DNA of 64,000 bases, taken from the NCBI GenBank assembly GCA_903924205.1, contig CAIYAP010000006.1, forward strand, positions 106,567 through 170,566, in the 5' to 3' direction. Of the stretch, positions 46,151 to 56,952 are shown piece after piece. The notes under the pieces were generated by a model that was not told the DNA's origin, searched no databases, and worked only from the letters and a program-made list of their open reading frames with translations. How positions within the stretch are numbered: position 1 is the stretch's first letter; the number at the start of each line of letters is the position of its first letter. A program made the position numbers and the translations under genes. Source of the DNA: an uncultured Actinomycetes bacterium. GTDB lineage: Bacteria; Actinomycetota; Acidimicrobiia; Acidimicrobiales; RAAP-2.

Positions 46151-48022
46151 ATGACTGCAACTATCGATCTACAAAAATCCCATTCTCCGGCCACGAACGG
46201 TGGAGGTTTCCTGCGCCGTTTGAATTTTGGAACCGGCATCATTTTCGGAATCATCGGTGCGCTGCTGGGCTACTTCTTGCCCCATCACTTCTTCGATAAT
46301 CAAGGTTCCGCCTTCGCCGACCAGTGCACCGTGATTTCCGCCGTGGGTTGGGTTATCGGATTCTGGTTCGGAATTGGCGCTCTGGCCGGTCCGTTCAAGT
46401 GGTTCTTGGGCTGGGATCAAACCCATGCGGACGAGATGTACCTGGCGGGCAAGGATCAAGGTAAGAAGCGTTACTGGAAGTACTGCACGGATCACAAGGT
46501 GGTGGGTGTTCAGTACCTTGTCTTGGCGATGGTTCTCCTCGGCGCCGGTGGCATTTTGGCCATGCTGATTCGAACCGATCTCATTTCTCCGGGATCCCAC
46601 TTCGTGAATCAGCAGGTGTACAACTCGTTCCTGTCCCTGCACGGCATGCTGATGATCATTTCTTTGATCATCGCCGTTGCCGGCCCGTGGGGCAACTTCG
46701 TCATGCCCATCCAGTGTGGAGCTCGCGACATGGCCTTTCCGCGCCTTAATGCTTTGTCGCTGTGGACCGTCGTGGCGGCGGCGGTGCCGCTTCTTACCAC
46801 GTTGTTTATCGGTGGCATTCAGGACGGGTGGACGACTTACGCACCCATTTCCATCCAAACGGGCATTGGCATGAATACTTTTGCCATTGCCATCATCACC
46901 TTCGTCATTTCGACCACCGTGGCGGGCGTTAACACCGTGTGCACCATCATGACGATGCGCACCACCGGCATGTCGCTCGACCGCCTCCCGATATTCACGT
47001 GGGCGTCGTTGATTGGTGGCGCTCTGGGTCTCTATGCGATGCCCTTCTTCGCCACCGCGATGACGATGACCATCCTGGACCGTTCGGCGGGAACCTCATT
47101 CTTTAGCGCCGACAGCGGCGGTACGGGATGGCTGTGGGAGAACATGTTCTGGCTCATGGGCCACCCCGAGGTGTACGTGATCTTGATTCCGGCGGTAGGA
47201 GCCTTGCTCGAAATTGCCACGGTGTTCTCGCGCAAGCCTCTGTTCAGCTACAAAACGGCCATCGGCGGAATGGCGGGAATCGCTGGCCTGTCCATCTTGG
47301 TGTGGGCTCACCACATGTTCACGACGGGTTGGGCGCCCCAGCTCGGTGGCCCGTTCATGTTGACGACAGAACTCATTTCGATTCCTACCGGCATCATTTT
47401 CTTGGTAGCGGTGGGAACGATCTGGCGGGGAAATCTGTGGATGAAGACCCCGATGATTTGGTTGATGGGATTCATCGCGAACTTCATCATCGGTGGAGTA
47501 ACCGGGATTTACCTGTCGGATATTCCGGTGGATAACACCATGCACGGAACCATGTTCGTGGTGGCGCACTTCCACTACGTCTTTGTGGGTTCGGTGCTCT
47601 TCGGAGCCATTGGGGCCGTGTACTTCTGGTTCCCCAAGATTTCAGGTCGCTTTCTCGATGAAAAGATGGGTCGCATTAGCTTCTGGCTCGCCTTCATCGG
47701 TGTTCAGGTGACCTTCTTGGCCATGTTTGTGTCCGGCCTTCGTGGTATGCCTCGTCGTTACGCTTCATATCAAGCCATCTTTGAGCACACGAACGTGATT
47801 TCCACTATCGGCGCCTACACGATCATGGCGGGAATGCTGGTGTCCCTGGCGAACATCATCCTGTCGTGGCGCAGCGGGGAACCGTCGGGCCCGAACCCTT
47901 GGCATTCCAAGACGTTGGAGTGGCTGGTGCCGACACCAGTGCCATTGGAGAATTTCGAAGTACTTCCCGTTATTGAATCTGACCCGTACACCTACGGCGA
48001 GAAGGAGGGGGCACGCGCATGA
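46151..48022 (+). CDS. ctaD: Cytochrome c oxidase subunit I
   Basis: 623 aa with the heme-copper motifs WLMGHPEVYVILIP, WAHHMFTTGW and VAHFHYV. Confidence 0.97.
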   Translation: MTATIDLQKSHSPATNGGGFLRRLNFGTGIIFGIIGALLGYFLPHHFFDNQGSAFADQCTVISAVGWVIGFWFGIGALAGPFKWFLGWDQTHADEMYLAGKDQGKKRYWKYCTDHKVVGVQYLVLAMVLLGAGGILAMLIRTDLISPGSHFVNQQVYNSFLSLHGMLMIISLIIAVAGPWGNFVMPIQCGARDMAFPRLNALSLWTVVAAAVPLLTTLFIGGIQDGWTTYAPISIQTGIGMNTFAIAIITFVISTTVAGVNTVCTIMTMRTTGMSLDRLPIFTWASLIGGALGLYAMPFFATAMTMTILDRSAGTSFFSADSGGTGWLWENMFWLMGHPEVYVILIPAVGALLEIATVFSRKPLFSYKTAIGGMAGIAGLSILVWAHHMFTTGWAPQLGGPFMLTTELISIPTGIIFLVAVGTIWRGNLWMKTPMIWLMGFIANFIIGGVTGIYLSDIPVDNTMHGTMFVVAHFHYVFVGSVLFGAIGAVYFWFPKISGRFLDEKMGRISFWLAFIGVQVTFLAMFVSGLRGMPRRYASYQAIFEHTNVISTIGAYTIMAGMLVSLANIILSWRSGEPSGPNPWHSKTLEWLVPTPVPLENFEVLPVIESDPYTYGEKEGARA

Positions 48023-48720
48023 GCTCCGACACCATTGAGCATGAGGCCAGCCATGGCCACCACGAGGCACCTGAGGTAGTCGAGGGCCGTCAGCGCCTGG
48101 GGATCTGGCTCTTCATTGTGGGTGACGTCATCATGCTGGCGTCGTTTATCTTCACCTACCTCTACCTGCGAGGCACCAATACGGGTAACGGTTGGATGAC
48201 TTACCTGCAGGGCGACACCAACGCCGCGAATTATGGTCAGCCGGTCCACGAAAAGGTTCTCTCGGCGGGCTTCAACTGGACCATCACCGCCGTCATCGTG
48301 GCGAGTGCGGCGGTGGTCTGGTTCGGTGAGAAGCACCTACGCGCACAGCAGAAAGGTGCCGGCAGTTTCAGTTTGATTGCCGCGGTAGCCGGTCTCTTGG
48401 CCATCGTCGCGTCGGCGCTGACCGTGATTCAGTTGCGTTCCATTGACGAACACATGCCGTATCACCTCTTGAGTCAAAACGTTCACGAATTTACGTACAC
48501 CGCGTACGGTTCGGCGGAAATTCTCCTCAACGGATCCAGCTTGCTCCACCTCATCGTCTTGGCCTTCCTGGGTTTCGGTTTGGCTATTCGCGCGTCTAAG
48601 GGACTGGTGAGCAGTGAAGGGCTGAAGTGGTCGCAGGCGCGTTTTGTTCGTTTCTTCTGGGTGTGGGTCGCCCTGGGATCGGTCATCACGGCTGCTGTCA
48701 CGTCGCTAATCAACAAGTAA
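48019..48720 (+). CDS. ctaE: Cytochrome c oxidase subunit III
   Basis: 233 aa polytopic protein. ATGA overlap with ctaD. N-terminal His-rich segment and a helix pattern typical of subunit III. Confidence 0.8.
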   Translation: MSSDTIEHEASHGHHEAPEVVEGRQRLGIWLFIVGDVIMLASFIFTYLYLRGTNTGNGWMTYLQGDTNAANYGQPVHEKVLSAGFNWTITAVIVASAAVVWFGEKHLRAQQKGAGSFSLIAAVAGLLAIVASALTVIQLRSIDEHMPYHLLSQNVHEFTYTAYGSAEILLNGSSLLHLIVLAFLGFGLAIRASKGLVSSEGLKWSQARFVRFFWVWVALGSVITAAVTSLINK

Positions 48721-48731
48721 CCAACGTCTGC

Positions 48732-48784
48732 CTACAACCCCGTCGCCTTGGCCATTCGCCGAGGCGACGGGGTTGTAGTCTTTT
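48732..48784 (+). terminator. Rho-independent terminator after ctaE
   Basis: Perfect 16-bp stem, CTACAACCCCGTCGCC (48732-48747) with GGCGACGGGGTTGTAG (48763-48778), followed by TCTTTT. Confidence 0.75.
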
Positions 48785-48796
48785 GGCAGTCGTGAA

Positions 48797-48816
48797 GCGA
48801 ATCCTGTGAGGTTCGA
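48797..48816 (+). promoter_or_regulatory. Candidate PyrR-binding RNA element in the pyrR leader
   Basis: AAUCCUGUGAGGUU (48800-48813) matches 12 of 14 positions of the PyrR-binding consensus as I recall it (ARUCCAGAGAGGYU). Flanking CGAA/TTCG can pair. It lies 20 nt upstream of the pyrR ribosome-binding site and ATG. Confidence 0.35.
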
Positions 48817-48833
48817 ACGGCTGGAGGGGAAAC

Positions 48834-49403
48834 ATGGCTGAGCGCGAACGGCGACACGTGCGCCCGCGGGGGACTGTCTTTGTCCCACGAACTCAACTCT
48901 TGTCCGCGGATGATGTCCAGCGGGCCGTGCGGCGTATGGCCCACGAAATTATCGAACGACACGAATCCGTCGACGACCTCGTGCTGGTGGGCTTGCAAAC
49001 CGGGGGAGTGCCCTTTTGCGAGTTATTGCACCGTGAGTTGAGTGCCATTGCCGCGAGCGACGTGTTGCATGGATATCTTGACGTGGCCTTCTATCGCGAC
49101 GATGTCGGCCTTCACCCCGTTGTTGAACCGGCTTCGACCACGATTGCCGTTGATCTCACGGATCGGGTGGTCATCATCGTCGACGACGTGCTCTACACCG
49201 GCCGAACCGTTCGGGCGGCGCTCAATGCGCTCTCTGACTGGGGACGGGCTCGGGCCATTGAATTGGCCGTCATGATCGACCGTGGACACCGAGAGTTGCC
49301 CATTCGCCCCGACTACGTCGGAAAGAATCTTCCCACCGCACGCCATGAGGCGGTTGATGCCCACATCGAGGGAGTGTGGATCGGGGAGTTGGTGGCGAAA
49401 TGA
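48834..49403 (+). CDS. pyrR: Pyrimidine operon regulator / uracil phosphoribosyltransferase PyrR
   Basis: PRTase motif VIIVDDVLYTGRTVRAAL; 189 aa. First gene of the pyr operon. Confidence 0.93.
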   Translation: MAERERRHVRPRGTVFVPRTQLLSADDVQRAVRRMAHEIIERHESVDDLVLVGLQTGGVPFCELLHRELSAIAASDVLHGYLDVAFYRDDVGLHPVVEPASTTIAVDLTDRVVIIVDDVLYTGRTVRAALNALSDWGRARAIELAVMIDRGHRELPIRPDYVGKNLPTARHEAVDAHIEGVWIGELVAK

Positions 49404-50380
49404 GAACGTCAATTCGCGGGGGAGATCTCATCAGCTTGGCCGACGTGTCTCGAGAGGCCATCGTCGAAGTTCTTGATGTTGCCGAATCATTCGTAGAAGT
49501 GAATCAGCGAAGTATTAAAAAGGTGCCGACGCTAAAGGGTCGAGTGGTGGCGTCACTTTTTTATGAGGAGTCCACCCGCACCCGGTTGAGTTTCGAAACG
49601 GCGGCGAAACGACTCTCGGCTGACGTGTTGTCGCTCGCGGTGGCGTCGTCGTCGGTCAAGAAGGGTGAAAGCCTTCGTGACACCATCTCGACGATTACCG
49701 CCCTCGGTATCGATGCCGTGGTCATGCGGCATATGGCATCTGGTGCACCGTGGCAAGTGAGCCGCGTCGTGCCCACTGTCCGTGTGATTAATGCCGGTGA
49801 CGGCCAGCACCAGCACCCGACGCAAGGTCTTCTCGACGCCTTCACCATTCGCCAGGTTCTGGCTGAACGAGCGGGATCTCGAGGAAGTGAAACGGGATCA
49901 GAGATATTTCACGGACTGCGCATTCTCATCGTTGGCGACATTCGACACAGCCGAGTTGCCAGAAGTGACATTTCCGCATATCAGGCTCTGGGCGCCACCG
50001 TCACCGTGTGCGCGCCACCCACGCTCTTGCCCACCGACGTGGCGTCGTGGGGAGTGGATGTCGCCACCGACTTTGACGACGCACTCGCGAAAGCGGACGT
50101 TGTCGGCCTCCTGCGCTTGCAGGTGGAGCGTGGCAGCGGGGCATTTGTTCCCTCGCTTCGGGAGTTCACGTCGCTGTATGGCTTAACAGCCGAACGCGAA
50201 CGGCTGTTACCGCCACATGCGTTGGTGATGCACCCCGGCCCCATGAATCGTGGGGTCGAAGTGGATAGCAGCGTGGCTGATGGCTCGCACGCGGTCATCG
50301 AGCGCCAAGTCGCCAATGGCGTCCCCGTACGCATGGCGGTGTTGTATCTCACGGTGGCCGGCGGAGAGGGAGACCTGTGA
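49400..50380 (+). CDS. pyrB: Aspartate carbamoyltransferase catalytic subunit
   Basis: ESTRTRLSFE, HQHPTQGLLD and HPGPMNRG motifs. ATGA overlap with pyrR. Confidence 0.95.
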   Translation: MRTSIRGGDLISLADVSREAIVEVLDVAESFVEVNQRSIKKVPTLKGRVVASLFYEESTRTRLSFETAAKRLSADVLSLAVASSSVKKGESLRDTISTITALGIDAVVMRHMASGAPWQVSRVVPTVRVINAGDGQHQHPTQGLLDAFTIRQVLAERAGSRGSETGSEIFHGLRILIVGDIRHSRVARSDISAYQALGATVTVCAPPTLLPTDVASWGVDVATDFDDALAKADVVGLLRLQVERGSGAFVPSLREFTSLYGLTAERERLLPPHALVMHPGPMNRGVEVDSSVADGSHAVIERQVANGVPVRMAVLYLTVAGGEGDL

Positions 50381-51678
50381 TGAGCACTTTTATTATTCGC
50401 GGCGGCACAGTGGTGCATTCGACGTCCAGTGAGCGCGCCGATGTCCTCGTACGTGATGGACGAATCATCGAGGTGGGCACGAACATCGAAGGCGCATCAG
50501 CGACTGAAATCGATGCGTTGGGATGTGTGGTGGGACCCGCCTTCGTCGATCTGCACGCCCATTTACGCGAGCCCGGCAACGAGGCCGCCGAGACGATTGA
50601 ATCCGGAGCACGAGCGGGTGCGGTGGGTGGCTACGGCGCGGTAGTGGCCATGCCCAACACGACCCCCACCATCGATTCGGCCGCGGTAGTCGGGTACGTC
50701 TACGAACGCGCGCGTCACGCGGTGATCGACGTGGCCGTCGCCGGTGCCATCACCATGGGGCGCGAGGGCAAGAACTTGGCCCCCATGGCCGAGATGGCGG
50801 CGCTCGGCGTTCGACTGTTCACCGACGATGGAAATGGCGTTCAGCATGGGGGTGTCATGCGTCGCGCGCTGCGCTATTCGTCGGCCCTCGGCGTTCGACT
50901 CGCTCAACATTGCGAGATGGATGACCTCGCCGGTTCGGGTGTCATGAACGACGGCCCACTGGCCGCGCGACTCGGACTCGCGGGACGCTCGGCGCTCGCA
51001 GAGGAAATCATGGTGATGCGCGACATCGAGCTCGTGCGGGCTTCCGGAGGACGCCTGCACTTCTTGCACCTGTCGACTCGTCGTTCGGTGGAATTGGTGA
51101 TCGCCGCTAAGGCGGAAGGCCTCGACGTCACCTGCGAGGTGGCACCCCATCACTTCACCTTGAGCGAAGATCAGTGTGCGAGCTTTGACCCGGTTTTTAA
51201 GGTCCATCCGCCCCTACGATCCACCGCGGACGTCCAGGGTCTACGGGCGGCAGTGGCGCGCGGAGACATCGATGCGGTGGCTACCGATCACGCTCCCCAT
51301 ACACCGGAGTCCAAGGATGGAACTTTTGATGACGCACCCCCCGGAATGCTGGGACTGGAAACCGCAGCCGCTCTGACCTGGGAAGCCGTCAATGGTGACC
51401 CGCAGATGTTCTTCAATGTTCTCAGCCGCGGACCGGCGCGAGTCGCGCAGTTGCGAGCCGGAGAGCTCGGCGTTCGACGTGTCGCCCACGGGGGAGAGGT
51501 TGCCGCCGGCGAAGACGCCTCGTTAGTGATTTTTGACCCCACGACCTCGTGGACCGTGGATAGACGAACTCTGCAAAGTCGCGCACTCAACACGCCTTTT
51601 CACGACAGGGTGCTCACGGGCTACGTCCGAGGAACCATCGTGGGTGAGCCGGTATGGCTAAATGGAGAATTTCGATGA
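50377..51678 (+). CDS. pyrC: Dihydroorotase
   Basis: VDLHAHLREPG and ATDHAPH metal-binding motifs; 433 aa. Confidence 0.93.
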   Translation: MMSTFIIRGGTVVHSTSSERADVLVRDGRIIEVGTNIEGASATEIDALGCVVGPAFVDLHAHLREPGNEAAETIESGARAGAVGGYGAVVAMPNTTPTIDSAAVVGYVYERARHAVIDVAVAGAITMGREGKNLAPMAEMAALGVRLFTDDGNGVQHGGVMRRALRYSSALGVRLAQHCEMDDLAGSGVMNDGPLAARLGLAGRSALAEEIMVMRDIELVRASGGRLHFLHLSTRRSVELVIAAKAEGLDVTCEVAPHHFTLSEDQCASFDPVFKVHPPLRSTADVQGLRAAVARGDIDAVATDHAPHTPESKDGTFDDAPPGMLGLETAAALTWEAVNGDPQMFFNVLSRGPARVAQLRAGELGVRRVAHGGEVAAGEDASLVIFDPTTSWTVDRRTLQSRALNTPFHDRVLTGYVRGTIVGEPVWLNGEFR

Positions 51679-52754
51679 CCACTGATGGCGCAATTGTCTT
51701 GGCCGATGGCACCGTGTTTGAGGGCGTGGTGCGAGGCTTCATTCCTGCGAGCGGCATCGTGACTGGTGAGTTTGTGTTCAACACCGCGATGTCGGGTTAT
51801 CAGGAAGTAATCACTGACCCCAGCTACGCGGGGCAGATCATCACGTTCACTTATCCGCACCTCGGCAATTACGGCGTAACACCACTGGACGACGAGTCCA
51901 CCCAGCCGTGGTGTGCGGGAGTAATTGCGCGTGACTTTGTGGACGTGCCATCTAACTGGCGCTCAGTGGGCCCGCTGGAAGGCTTCTTGCGCCAACATCG
52001 TGTGATGGCGATGTCGGGCGTCGATACCAGACGACTCACCCGCCACCTGCGCGCTCACGGCGCACTTCCCGGAGCGTTCGGGGCAGCGTCACCCGCGGAG
52101 TTATCGGCCGCCGCCGCATCGGCGTCGGGCACGGACAATCACAACTTTGTGGACCTCGTCACCTGTCGTGCTGCGTACGAACGTGGCAGCGGGTCGCGGC
52201 ACGTCGTCGCCTTTGATTATGGCATTAAGACCACCATGGTCGCCCAACTCGGTTCTCGATTTCGCGTCACCGTCGTACCTGCCCAGACCTCCGCGGCGGC
52301 CGTGCGAGAGCTGCGGCCCGACGGTGTCTTTTTGTCAAACGGCCCCGGCGACCCCGCGGCACTGCCACAACTGGCGGCAGTGGTGTCGGACCTCCTCGGC
52401 ACGGTGCCCATTTTTGGCATCTGCCTCGGCCATCAGTTGCTGGCAATGGCGCTCGGTGGGGCGACCGAAAAGTTGCGATTCGGCCACCACGGCTCCAATC
52501 ACCCCGTGCGTGATGCGCGAACGGGCGCGATTGAGATTACGGCGCAAAATCACAACTACGCGGTGCGTGCCGACTCCATTCCCGCCGAATGGGTGACGCA
52601 CGTGAACCTCAATGACAACGTGATTGAGGGGATTGCGGTTCCCGAGAAGCTCTGCTTCTCGGTTCAATATCACCCCGAGGCGGGCCCTGGTCCCCACGAT
52701 GCGCGCTACCTCTTCGATCGCTTCGAAGCGTTGATGAATGGAAAAGTGGTCTGA
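51675..52754 (+). CDS. carA: Carbamoyl-phosphate synthase small (glutaminase) subunit
   Basis: [10 protein letters not shown] catalytic Cys motif and [15 protein letters not shown] overlap with pyrC. Confidence 0.95.
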   Translation: MTTDGAIVLADGTVFEGVVRGFIPASGIVTGEFVFNTAMSGYQEVITDPSYAGQIITFTYPHLGNYGVTPLDDESTQPWCAGVIARDFVDVPSNWRSVGPLEGFLRQHRVMAMSGVDTRRLTRHLRAHGALPGAFGAASPAELSAAAASASGTDNHNFVDLVTCRAAYERGSGSRHVVAFDYGIKTTMVAQLGSRFRVTVVPAQTSAAAVRELRPDGVFLSNGPGDPAALPQLAAVVSDLLGTVPIFGICLGHQLLAMALGGATEKLRFGHHGSNHPVRDARTGAIEITAQNHNYAVRADSIPAEWVTHVNLNDNVIEGIAVPEKLCFSVQYHPEAGPGPHDARYLFDRFEALMNGKVV

Positions 52755-55700
52755 TGCCTCGTCGAAGCGATTTGCACACCATCATGGTGATTGGTTCAGG
52801 ACCCATTGTCATTGGCCAGGCCTGCGAGTTCGACTATTCGGGCACTCAGGCCTGTCATGTCCTTCGCGAAGAGGGCTATCGAGTGATTCTGGTGAACTCC
52901 AACCCCGCCACGATTATGACGGACCCGTCCACCGCCGATGTGACCTACATCGAACCGCTGCACCCCGATGTCGTGGCTGACATCATTCGAAAAGAGCGCC
53001 CCGATGCCCTGCTGCCCACCTTGGGCGGTCAAACGGCCCTCAACGTCACCATGGAATTGGTGAAGCGTGGTGTCATCGCTGAATGTGGCGTCGAGGTCAT
53101 TGGCGCCTCGGCCGAGGCGATTGAAACCGCCGAGGATCGCGAGAAATTCAAGGCGGCCATGGCAGACATTGGCCTCGCAGTTCCGGCGTCGGGTTTCGCG
53201 CACGACGTGCCGGAGGCTCTCGTCATTGCTCGAGAGATTGGCTATCCCATCATCGTTCGTCCGAGCTACATCCTCGGTGGCGCGGGTACGGGTATCGCCG
53301 CCGACGAAGCCGCACTCGTGATCTTGGCTGCCGAAGGTATCGAAGCGTCCCCCGTGCGCGAAATTCTCGTGGAACGATCCATCGCCGGTTGGAAGGAATA
53401 CGAGCTCGAAGTCATGCGCGACCGTGCAGATAATTGCGTGATCGTGTGCTCCATTGAGAATCTGGATGCGATGGGCGTGCATACGGGTGACTCCATCACG
53501 GTGGCGCCCGCACAGACCTTGTCGGATGTCGAATATCAAGAGATGCGAGATGACGCCTTTGCCGTTCTTCGCCGAGTGGGCGTCGAAACCGGCGGGTCGA
53601 ATGTCCAGTTCGCCGTTCACCCTGAGACGGGTGAACGACTCGTCATTGAGATGAATCCTCGCGTGTCACGAAGTTCGGCATTGGCGTCCAAGGCCACGGG
53701 TTTTCCTATCGCGAAGATTGCCGCACGCCTGGCCGTCGGGTACACCTTGGATGAAATCTCAAACGACATCACGGGGGCGACGCCAGCCAGTTTCGAGCCG
53801 GTCATCGACTACGTCGTCACCAAGATTCCACGATGGGCGTTTGAGAAGCTCCCCGGCTCCACCGGGATTCTGGGTACTCGCATGCAGTCGGTCGGTGAAG
53901 TGATGGCTATCGGCCGAAACTTCTCTGAAAGCTTGCAAAAGGCGCTTCGCAGTTTGGAGCAAGGTCGAAGTGGGTTCTCGGGGCCACACGAGTACGAAGG
54001 TGTGGCCGATGACCCCGCGGGAAAGAGCTATCTACTCGCACAGATTGCGTCGGGCCGCCCCGAGCGCCTCTTCCAAATCCACGAACTCCTGCGGGCGGGG
54101 ATCTCGGCCGAGGAGATCACCGCGGTCACGGGCATCGACCCCTGGTTCACTCGCCAAATGGCCAACCTGGTCCGAGTGGGCGAGAGCCTGCGCGGGCAGG
54201 ACGCCACGTCGTTAACCCCCGGGCAATGGCGAGAAGTGGCACGAGCCGGCTTCACCGACGACCAGGTAGCTCATCTGACGGGTGAGGACGCGTCGCGGAT
54301 CACTTCTCTTCGCAACGACGCGGGAGTACGTGTCGTCTACAAAACTGTGGACACCTGCGCGGCGGAATTCGATGCCGCGACCCCGTATCACTACTCCACC
54401 ATCGATGATGACTCAGAAGTTCGACCCGGAAGTAAGCCTCGCGTGATCATTTTGGGCTCGGGCCCGAATCGCATTGGCCAGGGCATTGAGTTTGACTACT
54501 GCTGCGTACACGCCTCGCTCGCCTTGCGAGCGCGGGGCTACGAAACGGTCATGGTGAACTGCAATCCCGAAACGGTGTCGACGGACTATACGACCAGCGA
54601 CCGTCTGTACTTCGAACCACTGACACCTCGCGACGTCGCGAATATCGTGGCCACGGAGCAAGCGGGGGGTGCCGGGGGAGTTGCCGGCGTCATCGTGTCT
54701 CTCGGCGGTCAGACGCCCCTCAAATTGGCACACTCCCTTGATGCCTCGCTGATTTTGGGCACTCCGGTGTCGTCCATCGACGCCGCCGAAGACCGCCGGG
54801 AGTGGTCTCTTATCTGCACGGAACTCGGCCTGCGCCAACCTCCTGGCGCTGCGGTGTCAACGATCGACGACGCGGTGGCGACGGCTCACGACATTGGTTA
54901 CCCCGTGTTGGTTCGTCCGAGTTACGTCCTCGGCGGTCGTGCGATGGAGATCGTGTATGACGACGACGCCTTGCGCGACGCCATGAGTCGTCTCGCGGTC
55001 TCATTGGAGCGTGATGGCGGGCTGTCCGACGAACGACCGGTGCTGATTGATCGATTCCTCGAAGATGCCATTGAAGTAGATGTCGACGCAGTGCGCGATC
55101 ATCGCGGTGACCTTTACATCGCGGGAGTGATGGAACACGTCGAAGAGGCCGGTGTGCACTCGGGCGACTCGGCGTGTGCCTTGCCCCCTGTCACGTTGTC
55201 ATCGTCGGTGGTTGACGAGATCAAAGTGGCCGTCGGCGCGATAGCGCATCGCCTGCAGGTCGTGGGCCTCATCAACGTTCAAGTGGCGGTGCGCGGAGCG
55301 GAGTTTTTCATTCTCGAGGCCAATCCTCGTGCGAGTCGCACCGTCCCCTTCGTCGCGAAGGCCACGGGCGTGCCCGTGGCGGCTATCGCTGCGCGAGTAA
55401 TGGTGGGTGAGACCTTGGCGTCTATGCGCAACGAGGGCTTACTCGGTATTGAGACGCCGGTGCCGACCTACGTGTCCGTCAAAGAGGCGGTTTTGCCGTT
55501 TAGCCGGTTTGCTGACGTGGACCCGGTGCTGGGACCTGAAATGCGTTCGACGGGCGAAGTGATGGGAATCGGCGAGAACTTCGGTATCGCCTTTGCCAAG
55601 GCGCAACTCGCCGCGGGGTCGCGCCTGCCCGACTCCGGCTGCGTGTTCTTTTCGTTGCGCGATCGCGATAAAGAGGCGGGCATCGAGGTGGCGCGCGATT

Positions 55701-56032
55701 TTGTGGAACTGGGATTCACTTTGGCGGCAACGGCGGGAACGTCCGTTGCCCTGCGCGGCGCCGGGATTCCCGTGGACGTCGAAGTAGGAAAGGTCGCTGA
55801 CGGCGCCATTTCCGCCGTCGATTTGTTGGCCTCGGGAGCGGTTCACCTGGTGGTCAATAGCCCGTCGGGCTCGGGGGCCCGAGCGGACGGTATGGCCATT
55901 AGGGCGGCAAGTTCTCGACACACGGTGCCCTGTCTCACCACCTTGGCGGCTGCCCGCGCCGCGATAGCGGGCATTCGGGAAACGCGCGCACACGGATGGC
56001 GAGTGACGTCGCTGCAGGAACTGCACGGATGA
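52754..56032 (+). CDS. carB: Carbamoyl-phosphate synthase large subunit
   Basis: 1092 aa with duplicated ATP-grasp halves ([17 protein letters not shown] and [16 protein letters not shown]) and a C-terminal MGS-like domain. Confidence 0.98.
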   Translation: MPRRSDLHTIMVIGSGPIVIGQACEFDYSGTQACHVLREEGYRVILVNSNPATIMTDPSTADVTYIEPLHPDVVADIIRKERPDALLPTLGGQTALNVTMELVKRGVIAECGVEVIGASAEAIETAEDREKFKAAMADIGLAVPASGFAHDVPEALVIAREIGYPIIVRPSYILGGAGTGIAADEAALVILAAEGIEASPVREILVERSIAGWKEYELEVMRDRADNCVIVCSIENLDAMGVHTGDSITVAPAQTLSDVEYQEMRDDAFAVLRRVGVETGGSNVQFAVHPETGERLVIEMNPRVSRSSALASKATGFPIAKIAARLAVGYTLDEISNDITGATPASFEPVIDYVVTKIPRWAFEKLPGSTGILGTRMQSVGEVMAIGRNFSESLQKALRSLEQGRSGFSGPHEYEGVADDPAGKSYLLAQIASGRPERLFQIHELLRAGISAEEITAVTGIDPWFTRQMANLVRVGESLRGQDATSLTPGQWREVARAGFTDDQVAHLTGEDASRITSLRNDAGVRVVYKTVDTCAAEFDAATPYHYSTIDDDSEVRPGSKPRVIILGSGPNRIGQGIEFDYCCVHASLALRARGYETVMVNCNPETVSTDYTTSDRLYFEPLTPRDVANIVATEQAGGAGGVAGVIVSLGGQTPLKLAHSLDASLILGTPVSSIDAAEDRREWSLICTELGLRQPPGAAVSTIDDAVATAHDIGYPVLVRPSYVLGGRAMEIVYDDDALRDAMSRLAVSLERDGGLSDERPVLIDRFLEDAIEVDVDAVRDHRGDLYIAGVMEHVEEAGVHSGDSACALPPVTLSSSVVDEIKVAVGAIAHRLQVVGLINVQVAVRGAEFFILEANPRASRTVPFVAKATGVPVAAIAARVMVGETLASMRNEGLLGIETPVPTYVSVKEAVLPFSRFADVDPVLGPEMRSTGEVMGIGENFGIAFAKAQLAAGSRLPDSGCVFFSLRDRDKEAGIEVARDFVELGFTLAATAGTSVALRGAGIPVDVEVGKVADGAISAVDLLASGAVHLVVNSPSGSGARADGMAIRAASSRHTVPCLTTLAAARAAIAGIRETRAHGWRVTSLQELHG

Positions 56033-56952
56033 GCAGCGCGCGACTGGCCACCCATATCGGCGACGTGCATCTGCGGTCACCGATAATGACGGCTGCCGGC
56101 ACCGCCGGTTACGGCACGGAACTGGCCGATTACGGCGACCTCTCGGCCTTGGGCGCGGTAGTGACCAAATCGTTGGCGGCATTTTCGTGGGCCGGCAACC
56201 TCGCACCTCGGGTCGCTCCCGCGCGAGACGCGATGCTCAACTCTGTCGGACTCGCGGGTCCCGGAGTGGCCGCGTGGCGAGACAGCGAATGGCCCAGTCT
56301 GCGCGACAGTGGAGCATCCGTGGTGGCCAGCGTGTGGGGTCGCAGTGCCGCCGAATTCGGCCACGCCGTCGATGGGCTTGCGGGACTCGGGCTCACCGCG
56401 ATTGAAGTCAATGCCTCGTGTCCCAATCTCGAGGGCCGCCGAGGCATGTTTGCTCACTCAGTGCCGCTCCTGAGGGAGGTTCTCGAGGCGACGTCATCGG
56501 CGTCGGTGCCGCGCTGGATCAAGCTCAGTCCGAATACGCCCGATCTCGTGGAGATCGCGACCGCGGCGGTTGATGGCGGCGCTTCGGCGCTGGTGATCGC
56601 CAACACGCTGCTGGGCATGGACGTCAACATTGCAACTGGCCGACCCACCTTGGGTAACGGCGGCGGCGGCGTCAGTGGCTTTCCGATTTTCCCCGTGGCG
56701 CTGCGCTGCGTCTACGACGTGCGCGCGGCCCTGCCGGACGTGCCCATTGTGGGGGTCGGGGGAGTGTCGTCGGTACGCGACGTGGTGGCCATGTTGATGG
56801 CCGGCGCATCGGCCGTGCAGGTGGGCACCGCGGGATTCGCCGACCCCCGCATCTATTGGCGACTCACTCGAGGGCTGCAGCGATGGATGAGGCGTCAGGG
56901 TTACGACTCGGTGTCGAGCATTGTCAATCTGGCGCATCGAGGGGGCCGCTGA
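56029..56952 (+). CDS. pyrD: Dihydroorotate dehydrogenase, class 1 (Cys catalytic base)
   Basis: 307 aa with no N-terminal membrane extension. NASCPN active-site block. ATGA overlap with carB. Confidence 0.88.
   Translation: MSSARLATHIGDVHLRSPIMTAAGTAGYGTELADYGDLSALGAVVTKSLAAFSWAGNLAPRVAPARDAMLNSVGLAGPGVAAWRDSEWPSLRDSGASVVASVWGRSAAEFGHAVDGLAGLGLTAIEVNASCPNLEGRRGMFAHSVPLLREVLEATSSASVPRWIKLSPNTPDLVEIATAAVDGGASALVIANTLLGMDVNIATGRPTLGNGGGGVSGFPIFPVALRCVYDVRAALPDVPIVGVGGVSSVRDVVAMLMAGASAVQVGTAGFADPRIYWRLTRGLQRWMRRQGYDSVSSIVNLAHRGGR

Noticed and set aside
55439-56206. 255-aa minus-strand ORF across the carB/pyrD junction
   Set aside because: It is antisense to two strongly supported genes and has Arg/Pro-rich composition typical of an off-frame GC-rich translation.
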